NCBI GenBank assembly: GCA_964016885.1
Contig: OZ024743.1
Span: 165,540,001-165,604,000 of the forward strand
Length of the DNA stretch: 64,000 bases
Source of the DNA: Eledone cirrhosa
Taxonomy: Eukaryota
Reading direction: 5' to 3'
Under the pieces are notes generated by a model. The model had not been told where the DNA came from. It did no database searches and saw only the letters and a program-made list of their open reading frames with translations. Shown here piece after piece: positions 54,328 to 64,000 of this stretch (the first letter of the stretch is position 1; every line of letters begins with the position of its first letter). A program made the translations under genes and the position numbers.

Positions 54328-55382
54328 GTATTAATAAAAAAAATTCTTTAAATGTTCATGTAGAGCAAGGCCTGTTTGGTAACCCAGCGGGATTAGGAAT
54401 AAAACCTGTCACAGAGAAAGAACGTCCAGGTATAACTAGAAATAAAAGAAAGGCACTACTTGGTTATCTACGTTTTGAAATACATATTGCATAACGTACA
54501 CACCGTCAGCTTAGGCTACACATTTTTGGTGAAATATTGGACAGCATATAAATATTTTTATATAGTTTGTAAGTTGACTACATTTGGACACTTCTTGCTT
54601 TAACCACACTAAGAAAATTACATAGCCTGCATCCTCCACTATACAATCCACACTCATCCAAACTAAATTAGATGACAGATCATAAGATTATATGATCCTC
54701 TCCGCCAATTTTGATATTTACACAACACAGTTATGACGTTTAGCGACTTAGTTATCGATCGCAGAAAATTATTATATATTTAATTTAATTATACAAATTA
54801 GTAAAATTAAAAAAATGTGTGCTCCTTTAGGATAACGCACATCTCTGAGGTCTGCACCCTGGGCGGCCACTGCCTAGTTGACCTTAATGGTAACTCTACG
54901 TGGAAGAAAACAAGCAATACATTATTATTCAATGACCCAGTTTCTCCACAAATTTTACCTCTGTATGCATGACATTAATTATCTATTCTTATCTATACTA
55001 TCTTCTTTGACAACATCCAATCCTACGCCATCGTACTCACAGTATTAATATTGATTCACAGATAAATGAATAGCAACAGTATCTAACCTTAGACTATACT
55101 AGAAAACTACAAATTAGGCAACAGACAATTATCCAACGTCCATTAAGTTCCTTCAAAGAACATTATTACGTTTGCGGGTGGGGCGGGAAGTGGGATGGTG
55201 AGACAGATATAGACAACCGTCAATCGAATATAATGACATCTCTCTCTTTCTTTCTTTATTTATTTATTTATTTATTTCTCCCTATCTCTCTCTATCTATC
55301 TCACCACCCTTACGCACAATCAACCTTCTCTCTTATACCCATATACACACATGCATAAGTAAACATATATACATACATACAA

Positions 55383-55486
55383 GATGGCTGCCCCCTCGTT
55401 ACCGAGTATGGCCATTGCACGAAAAAAAAACATAATAACGACAATAATAATAACAACAATAATAATAATAATATATATACATACAC

Positions 55487-55524
<38 letters not shown>

Positions 55525-58500
55525 GATAACAATTAACAGTGCTGAGATCGAATGTGGCTTTTTAGCCCAGCCAATGATCTAAAATGTCTTGCACAGAGTT
55601 GGCAACCAACTGGGATTAGTCGGCTGTCGTTGGAGTTCATGTACTTTTGCATGTCGTTTGAGCCCTCCTGCTGATTTACATTCTCTACCACATGGTAGGC
55701 ATGATGAGTAGCATCTCCAACAGCAGCCTGGTAGTCAACCACTAGTCTCACTCTATGACTGTGAAGATGACTTTCGAGTCTAGCTTTGCTGAGGCAGAGT
55801 CTCGCACAGACGCTGCATGTCAGCGCCATAAGAGGACCTTCGCCTCTTTACTTTCCCGTATGCGTTTCGAGATGCCTCAAAGGCAACTTTCCCCTCATAT
55901 ACAGTCTTTCTCCATTTATTACGATCAGCAGCATTTTCCCATGTATCAGCAGAGATGTTAGCGTCTTTCAAAGAGGCCTTCAACGAATCCTTATAACTCT
56001 TTTTTGGTTTATGTGGAGGTTGTTTTCCTTTAACTAACTCTCCATAAAAGAATTGTTTTGGTATTCTAGAATCCTTTATCCTGGCAAGGTGACCACTCAA
56101 ACGGAGTCTTGCTTAAGCACAAGAGGTTCTATACTGTTACACAGTAAGCTTTCCAAAATCTCGACATCACTGATGTGGTCCATCCAGTGAACGTCATGGA
56201 TCCGTCTGAGACACATCTGATAGAAACGCTCCAATTGTTTAAGGTGGTGTCGATATGTGACCCAGGTCTAGCAGGCATAAAGAAGAGAAAAGAGCATACA
56301 TGCCTTTGTCTTCTTGCATATGTCTCACCGACCCCAGAATCGCCTTTCTAGCTTTCCGAAAGCATCACTTGCTTTCCTAATCCTGAGTAGAATTTCATTA
56401 TCAAGGTTGCTGTATCGATTGACAGTGCTTCCCAGGTAGACAAACTGATCAATCACTCCAAGTCGTTTACCATACACATAGTTATTTGGCTCACTGTACT
56501 GCTTACCAGGGGCAGGTTGGTACATGACAACGGTTTTCTTGTGACTGACAGTCAATCCTAGGGCAGTGCAAGCATCAGCAAATGCATTCAAAATGTGCTG
56601 CATATCACTCTCTGTGTGCGCTACAAGATCGCAATCATCTGCATACAAGAGGTCTCTTGTGTAAATACTTTTGTTTTTGCAGCAAAGCGCCTGATGTTAA
56701 ATATGTTGCCTGAGGTTCGATATTGGATGTAAACACCATGCTCGCAATTCCTGAATGCAATACAGAAAACCATTGCAAAGTATATGGCAAACAGGTTCGG
56801 TCCTGGAATATCCCCCTGATTCACTTCATTTTTTACTGAGATAGTCTCCGACATGTTACCTCTGACATTAACCCAAGCCTTCATGTTGTCATGGAAAGAC
56901 CTAACCAAAGCAAGGAACTTATCAGGGAAACCAAATCTGGAGAACCTTCCACAATGCATTTCTGTTAACAGTATCGAAAGCTTTTGTCAGATCGACAAAA
57001 ACCTGATACAGATCTAAACCTTATTCCATGCACTTCTGAAGCTGTCTAGCTGAGAAGATCATATCAGTAGTGCCGCGTCCAGCACGAAAACCAATCTGCA
57101 ATGTGTGTCAGCAGACGGTCCAGAAGCACCCTACATATTCTTTTTTCCTACGACAGAAAGCAATGATATACCTCTGTAGTTTCCACAATCATTATTGTTA
57201 CATTTTCTGTTGTACAAGACCACCATTACTGCATCTCTCCAGTCCTCGGGTACGGATTCACTAGACCATATCTTGCCAAACAAAGAGTGAAGACGTTGCA
57301 GGAGTCTCTCACCACCATATTGTAGGAGCTCAGCATGTATGCCATCCATACCTGGAGACCTTCCACAGTTCAGCTTCGAGATAGCTACTGCAACCTCCAC
57401 AAGCGTCGGTGGTTCTGCGAAGCTACTTTCACAGGTTTTTCAGGAATGATATTGAGGAAATCTTCATTGACGACAGACGGCTGATTCAAAAGTTCATCAA
57501 AGTACTCTCGCCACCTTCGTAGAATTCCTTGTGAGTCACGAAGAAGTTCCTTGCCATCCTTCCTTGCTGCGAAGCGGTCTCACCAGAGAAGAAGATGGTC
57601 CATAAACTTCACGCAAGAGAGTGTACAACAGCTTTGTGTTATTGGAATCTGATGCAGCTTGTATCACATCAGCCTTCTCACTCCGCCACCTATCCTTCAT
57701 CTGAGAAAGACTCTGTCCCACACGTGATTTCACATCCTTGAGTTCCTTATGCAACATATTCTTCTCCTGTGGTTTTGCTGTCAAGTAACGTGACAGAGCA
57801 CGCCTCTTATCAGCCAACAAGTCATCTATATGTTCATCATTCTCATTAAACCAGTCCTGATGTTTTCTCTGCACCAATCCCAAAACACGCCTGCCTACAT
57901 CATAAACCGACTTTTTAAGGGTCGGCCAATCCTCACCAAGATATGCAACATGCATCTCTTCTCGCAATATCCTCTTCACATTTTTATCTCTAAGACGAGC
58001 AGCATTCAATCTTCTGGGCAGGGTAACAACCAGGAGCCCGGATTTTACGTCTAGTGATTAGTTTCACTTTTGCGCGAACCAGGCGGTGGTCCGTCCAGCA
58101 CTCATCTGCATGAAGAGCACGAACACACTGCACATCCTGTCTGTCACGCATCCTGACAAGGACGTAGTTCAAAAGATGCCAGTCCTTAGATGCAGGATTC
58201 ATCCATGTGGTCTTAAATTTGTTCTTTTGCTGGAACATGGTGTTAGCAACACACAGATCAAGCTCCTCACACATCTGCAGCAGGAGCATACCATTGTTGT
58301 TACACTTTCCCACCTTTCGATTACATTCCATGTGTTAAAATTCCTAAGCACGATGACCTTGTTTGCCTGAGGGATATTTCTTAAACACCCTTCAAGGCAT
58401 GGTAAAAAGACACTTTTTCTTCATCGACAAAATTCATAGTTGGAGCATACACACTTACCAGGGTCGCATATCTTCCTTTGTCCAGCGGAATTCTCATGGA

Positions 58501-58770
58501 CATAAGACGCTCACTAATCCCCACTGGGAATTCTTCTAATTTATCCACATGAGCAGTCTTAACAGCAAATGCTACCCCTGCCTCTCTTCTCAGATAAAGC
58601 TACGTAACGTCGAAGCTCCTTTGCAACAAGAGCGGTCCTTCGTTCAGGATACTCCAAGGAATCCCTGTCAAGCAGCGTTCGTACGTTCCAGCAGCCAATA
58701 TTAAATGCTTTGTTTGGCTCTATTACAGTGGCACGATGACGAGCGGGCCCAGGCTGTGATACCCTGGGCC
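55383..58770 (-). mobile_element. Near-full-length decayed RTE (BovB-like) LINE
   Basis: NIGCWNVRTLLD..ERRTALVAKEL, TTWMNPASKDWHLL, SPGMDGIHAE, NYRGISLLS, YADDCDL and RIPKQFFYGEL; C-terminal C2H2 fingers. Confidence 0.93.
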
Positions 58771-58884
58771 CTTATTGCCAATTATCTCTTTTGTTCCAGA
58801 ACACTTATTGCTAATTATCTCTTTTATATTGTTTTGGAACATAACTGAATTGGGGAAAAAAAGTATTACTAATAATAATGATGA

Positions 58885-59279
58885 TGGTTTTGGACAAGTA
58901 AAAAAGATCGTGCCTGATTGTAGATGTGACCTGCCCATTTGACACGAGAGTGCAAGAGAAGGACAGGGAGAAAGTTAAGCGATACAGGACTTAAAGTGGG
59001 AGGTAAAAAGGATTTGGAACTGCCATGAAGTCAAGGTTGTCCCGATTGTCATAGGCGCACTAGGTACTATCTCAAAGAGTTTCCAAGGATGGTTAAAGAA
59101 GATTAGTCCAGCCCCGCTTTTTGGAACACTTCAAAAGGGATACTTGCTGGGAACAGCAAGAATCCTCCGATACGTCCTGAATATCTGAGGCTGCAGGTAG
59201 CGGCTTGATATACATTTCACAAACTTTCCAGTTAAATAACATCAATGACTGAGACTCAAAGAACAATAATAATAATAAC

Positions 59280-59310
<31 letters not shown>
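58885..59310 (+). mobile_element. 5'-truncated R4/Dong copy ending in (AAT)n
   Basis: Highly similar to ~61868-62300. Confidence 0.9.
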
Positions 59311-59311
<1 letters not shown>

Positions 59312-59485
59312 CTGGAACAGAGATACGGCCACTGAGGAGATGAATGCTGACGGGCTAGGAACCTAAGATTTGTAGACAGGAAAAAGTTAAAAGAAACAAC
59401 AGCTAAGGTAAACAAAGTCATCCCATACCTTGAGGCGAGGAGTCTTCACCAGTGCAACAATATCCTCAAAGCAACAGCAAATACG

Positions 59486-62173
59486 GTGAGGAAACTACTT
59501 GGTATAAAAGCGAGAGGAAACAACAGACAAGAAAGAGCAGAGCCGTGGTGGAAGAAGCGACTGAGTGGGCAAATCGGGGAAATGAGAAATGACATAGGAA
59601 AGCTTGAGTCACTACTGAATGGGACACTAAAAAACATAGGCACTAAAAATAGACTGGAAATAAAATACAAAACTAGGAGTAAAAAGCTAAATATTATCAT
59701 AGAGGAATTGAAGCAACGCATTGTAGCAAAGAGTGCAAAAATCAGGCGATACGAGAACAGAGTCAGTCAGTATAAACAGAACCGCATGTTCGACAACAAC
59801 CAGAAGATGCTGTTTGGACAGCTTGAGGGGAAAGAAAGAGGCAACGACTTGATCCCTGGGGCGGAACAAGCTAAAACATTCTGGAGAGGAATATGGGAGC
59901 AGGATGTTAGACACAATGCCCAGGCAGGGTGGATTGAGACAGTACAGAGGGAGATCGGTGAGCAGGCACAGCAACAGACTGATTTGAGTATCACAGTTGA
60001 AACTCTTAAGGGGCAAGCCAAAAAACTAACCAACTGGAAATCACCAGGCCCAGATGGTGTGCAGGGGTATTGGATTAAACATTTAACATCCCTCCACCCG
60101 AAGCTGACGGCCATGTTCAATGACTGCTTGGTGTCGGGTGAGGTGCCAGAGTGGTTGACAAAAGGTACCACAGTTCTGATAATGAAAGACCGAATCAAGG
60201 GTAATGATGTTACCAACTATAGACCTATCACATGTCTGCCCGTAATGTGGAAACTGTTGACGAGCATTGTGTCTGAGGAAATCTACCATCACCTCCACAC
60301 AAACAACTTGTTGCCGGACGAACAGAAAGGATGCCGAAAGAAGTCACGTGGTACAAAGGACCAGTTGCTTATTGATAAGATGGTAATGGGGAATTGCAGG
60401 AGGAGACACACTGATCTTGCCATGGGATGGATAGACTACAGAAAGGCATTTGACATGGTGCCTCATTCCTGGATCACCAAAAGCCTGGAGATCTTCAGGG
60501 TGGCAGATAACATCAGACAGTTGCTGGGCAGGAGTATGGGGTCCTGGGAGACAGAGTTGACATCAACTGGAGTATCCTTGGGAAGCGTGAAGATCAAGAG
60601 AGGTATCTTCCAGGGAGATAGCCTGTCCCCTCTGTTGTTTGTCCTTGCCCTGATGCCCTTGACCATTATGCTGCGAAAAGTGAGAGCAGGATACAAGTTG
60701 GGAAGGGGAGAGCTTACCATCAATCACCTCCTCTTCATGGACGATCTTAAGCTCTTCGGGAAAAGTGAGAAGAGGTTGGATGTGCTTGTTGACACTGTCC
60801 GTATTTTCAGCAGTGATATATGTATGCAGTTTGGTATTGGTAAATGTGGAGTCATTGTGATGAGGAGGGGTAGGTTGAGCAGAAGTAACGGGAGCCAGAT
60901 ACCAACAGGTGAGATGATAAAGGAAATTGACTCTGAGGAAGGATACAAGTATTTGGGCGTTCTGGAGGCTGATGGCATAAAGAACAAAAAAATGAAGGAA
61001 TTGTTAAGAACTGAATACATTCGGAGAGTAAGGAGCGTATTGAAGTCACATCTGAACAGCAGAAATGCCATAAGCGCAGTAAATTCCCGAGCTGTGTCTA
61101 TTATTAGGTACAGTGCGGGAATTCTGAGATGGAATGTTGCTGAACAAAAAGAAATGGATAGGAAGACTAGGAAGCTATTGACTATCTACAACATGTTCCA
61201 CAAGAGGAGTGATGTCGATAGACTCTACCTAAGGAGATCTGAGGGTGGAAGAGGTCTTATCAGCATAGAGGACTGTGTTCAGATGGAGAAAAACAACCTA
61301 TACAAATACGTGACCTATAGTAAGGAGCCAATGCTCAGAGCTGTACTGAAGGAGGGGACAGTAGGCCAGGGGATATCCAAGGAGGAAATAACATCAAGGA
61401 GGAAGAGCAGCCTTAAGGGAAAATCCCTTCATAGTACCTTCTTTGAGAAAACTGAATTTAGAGATCCACAGACATGGAACTGGTTGAGAAGAGGAGACCT
61501 CAAAAAGGCTACAGAAGGAATGCTAATGGCTGCGCAGGAGCAGGCCCTCAACACGAAGTGGTTGAAGCACCATATCTACAAGGAGGAGGCTAGCCCACTG
61601 TGCAGGATCTGTGGAGAGAGAGAGGAGACTGTGGCTCACATTGTGTCCGAGTGTAAACACCTAGCCCAGACCCACTATAAGGGCTGGAGACACGATGTGA
61701 TGGGCAGGGTGATCCACTGGCACCTGTGCAAAGTAAACAATCTACCACATTCTGAGAAATGGTATGAGCATAGGCCAGAGGCGGTGATGGAGAACAGTCA
61801 GGTGAAGGTGCTGTGGGATTTTAGGATACAGACGGACAAAAAACTGGAACACAATAGACCTGACCTGGTGGTTGTGGACAAAGAAAAAAGATCGTGCCTG
61901 ATTGTGGATGTGGCCTGCCCGTTCGACACGAGAGTGCAAGAGAAGGAGAGGGAGAAAATTAACCGATACCAGGACCTAAAGTGGGAGGTGAAAAGGATTT
62001 GGAACTACCATGAAGTCAAAGTGATCCCGATTGTCATAGGCGCACTGGGGACTATCTCCAAAGGTTTCCAGGGATGGTTAAAGAAAATCGGCCCCTTGAC
62101 GCTTTTTGGAACGCTTCAAAAGGCATGCTTGCTTGGAACGGCAAGAACCCTCCGATACGTCCTGAATATCTGA
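59486..62173 (+). CDS. R4/Dong-clade non-LTR retrotransposon ORF: RT, CCHC finger and restriction-like endonuclease (5'-truncated element ~59311-62303)
   Basis: 895-aa open frame with NYRPITCL, IDYRKAFD, GIFQGDSLSP, LFMDD, CRICGEREETVAHIVSEC, RHD and RPDLVVVD..IVDVACP..K. (AAT)n on both sides; Dong elements are known to target TAA repeats. Confidence 0.95.
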   Translation: MRKLLGIKARGNNRQERAEPWWKKRLSGQIGEMRNDIGKLESLLNGTLKNIGTKNRLEIKYKTRSKKLNIIIEELKQRIVAKSAKIRRYENRVSQYKQNRMFDNNQKMLFGQLEGKERGNDLIPGAEQAKTFWRGIWEQDVRHNAQAGWIETVQREIGEQAQQQTDLSITVETLKGQAKKLTNWKSPGPDGVQGYWIKHLTSLHPKLTAMFNDCLVSGEVPEWLTKGTTVLIMKDRIKGNDVTNYRPITCLPVMWKLLTSIVSEEIYHHLHTNNLLPDEQKGCRKKSRGTKDQLLIDKMVMGNCRRRHTDLAMGWIDYRKAFDMVPHSWITKSLEIFRVADNIRQLLGRSMGSWETELTSTGVSLGSVKIKRGIFQGDSLSPLLFVLALMPLTIMLRKVRAGYKLGRGELTINHLLFMDDLKLFGKSEKRLDVLVDTVRIFSSDICMQFGIGKCGVIVMRRGRLSRSNGSQIPTGEMIKEIDSEEGYKYLGVLEADGIKNKKMKELLRTEYIRRVRSVLKSHLNSRNAISAVNSRAVSIIRYSAGILRWNVAEQKEMDRKTRKLLTIYNMFHKRSDVDRLYLRRSEGGRGLISIEDCVQMEKNNLYKYVTYSKEPMLRAVLKEGTVGQGISKEEITSRRKSSLKGKSLHSTFFEKTEFRDPQTWNWLRRGDLKKATEGMLMAAQEQALNTKWLKHHIYKEEASPLCRICGEREETVAHIVSECKHLAQTHYKGWRHDVMGRVIHWHLCKVNNLPHSEKWYEHRPEAVMENSQVKVLWDFRIQTDKKLEHNRPDLVVVDKEKRSCLIVDVACPFDTRVQEKEREKINRYQDLKWEVKRIWNYHEVKVIPIVIGALGTISKGFQGWLKKIGPLTLFGTLQKACLLGTARTLRYVLNI

Positions 62174-62259
62174 GGCTGCAGGTAGTGGCTTGATATTCAA
62201 TCCAACGGACTTTCCAGTTAACCAACATCAATGACTGAGATTCAAGGAATAACAATAAC

Positions 62260-62290
<31 letters not shown>

Positions 62291-62303
62291 TAATAATAAT
62301 AAT

Positions 62304-64000
62304 GTTTTCTTTATTAACCACAAGGGTTTACATAAAGAAGACATTAAGGACAGTACAGGACAATACAGGACGGTACAAATGGGCATTTCTGCGTGTAAAA
62401 AAACAGAGGATGTAATAAAATAACAAAGAAAAATTCCCCAATAGGGGGGAGACTTCCGAGGGACATGTGTGGAGAAAGCCCATTAAAAGACCACAGTGAC
62501 CCTGACCACCAGGGCAAGTGCCCTCTCCCAGTTTTCCACCTTTAATTTACAGACACATACTCAGAGAAGGCCCATTCATTCGGGCCATACTTGCTTCTCT
62601 CACCCATCTTTCAACAAAATGCTGGGAAGAGAGCACTTCCCTCTCTACCCTGACTTTCCTTTTCAAATGAAATTTGAAAAAGTTAATCAGGGCATCACCG
62701 AAGAGGTAAGTGCTCGTCTTCAGCCCTTTCAAACGTGTCCACCATACTATCTCTTTCGCCATGGCCACCAGACAGATAAAAACTGCCTGCCCTTCCCGGC
62801 TAAAGGAAGAGGGCGGGACAATCCTCACGATGGACTCAGCTGATAGCTGGATCCGTCCTACACGTGACAGCAGGTGTTCGACATAAACCCACAAGTCAGC
62901 AATGCTCGGACACTGGACGAGTGCTTGCAGGACGGTTTCGTCGCCCTGTGCGCATCTCGGACATGCCCGGCTGACGGCACCTCCATGCCTGTAGAGTTTA
63001 TCCCGAACTGGCAAAGCTACCCGGTAGCACTGCCAGGCCAGGGATTTCTGGAAGTTGTCCATAGGCCTCGGCCCGAAAGTCCTTCCGAAGAGATTGGCTA
63101 GTTGATTTTCGTCGACGCCTAGAGTTTCTCCAAGTACGTCGTCGCTCTTCCCCTCCACTAATCCCCTATAGAACGCCAAGGTGGAGTTTCCACCGATCAC
63201 ATTGCCCGACTGGTCGAGGGCTGTAAGCGCCTGAAGACATTCCAGTCTCCAAGCGCTCCCTCTCGGTCTTCGCTTGACCCAGGACTGCAGCTCCGTCAAG
63301 GAGACGAGCTGGGGACAAACGTGTCTTGCAAACGGCGACCACACCTGACCACCGTCGAGGAAGAGGTGGAGATGTCATAGCCTGAGCGCGTGTCTGCGCA
63401 TCATCAGCCACGGCATGCCCAGCCCTCCACGTAGCGGGCGTTGACAGCAGATGGACCGCCTGACCATCGGAGCGCGTCCCTTCCACAAGAAGCGAAAGAG
63501 CAAACGCTCCAGCGCATTCAGGCGCAGCTTAGGAAAAGGTACGACGGTCAGGCGGTAGCAGATGACAGACGCGATGTACGCCTAAGCCACCTCCGCTCGA
63601 CCTTTCAGGGATAGCTTCCTCTCGGCCCATTTCTGGGTGAGAGAAGCCACCCTGCTCGTCACCTCGTCCCAGTTTTTGTCCGTCTGGAGGTCTGGACCGA
63701 ACCAGACCCCTAGCAATTTAACCGGTCCGTCCGTCCAGCGCCCGACGACGCTGTTGGGCGGCATGGACCTGCCTCTCCAGGTGCCGAGCTGCAGGCCCAC
63801 TGACTTTTCCTGGTTGATCATTGCTCCTGTCACCGCTTCGTATTCTCTTAGTGTAGTGCCGAAAGCCTCGATGTGTTTGGCGTTCGACACCACTACGGTG
63901 ACATCGTCGGCATATGCTGACACGGATATTCCGCATCCTAGTTCGCGCGGGACCTTCCTCAACGTCTCCAGTTTGTGCAGTAATGGCTCGAGAGTCAATA
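62304..64000 (-). mobile_element. Tx1/L1-like LINE 3' half, tail-to-tail with the Dong element; runs off the window end
   Basis: SAYADDV, VKLLGVWFG and CPRCAQGDETVLQALVQC; AATAAAG then (ATT)n; in-frame stops. Confidence 0.92.

Overview
AT-rich, microsatellite-dense animal genomic DNA; the SINE and repeat content suggests a mollusc, probably an octopus (inference, not database-checked). Most of the window is nested transposons: at least five Penelope-like element (PLE) coding remnants, Tx1/L1-like, RTE, R4/Dong and CRE-like non-LTR elements, a decayed hAT/Buster transposase, Helitron pieces, MITEs and tRNA-derived SINEs. Almost all short ORFs in the track are microsatellite or antisense artefacts, and only the R4/Dong RT-RLE frame (59486-62173) is long and uninterrupted. 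Three signals are not resolved by the ORF track. (1) Two phase-compatible exons of a host gene for a small secreted Cys-containing protein (+, 41926-41968 and 53453-53558). (2) A candidate minus-strand secreted-precursor gene with microexons (17182-17659). (3) About a dozen minimal type I hammerhead ribozyme (HHR) motifs from roughly eight sequence families, most in short non-coding fold-back elements next to (TA)n tracts. All calls were made by eye; coordinates of decayed elements are approximate.
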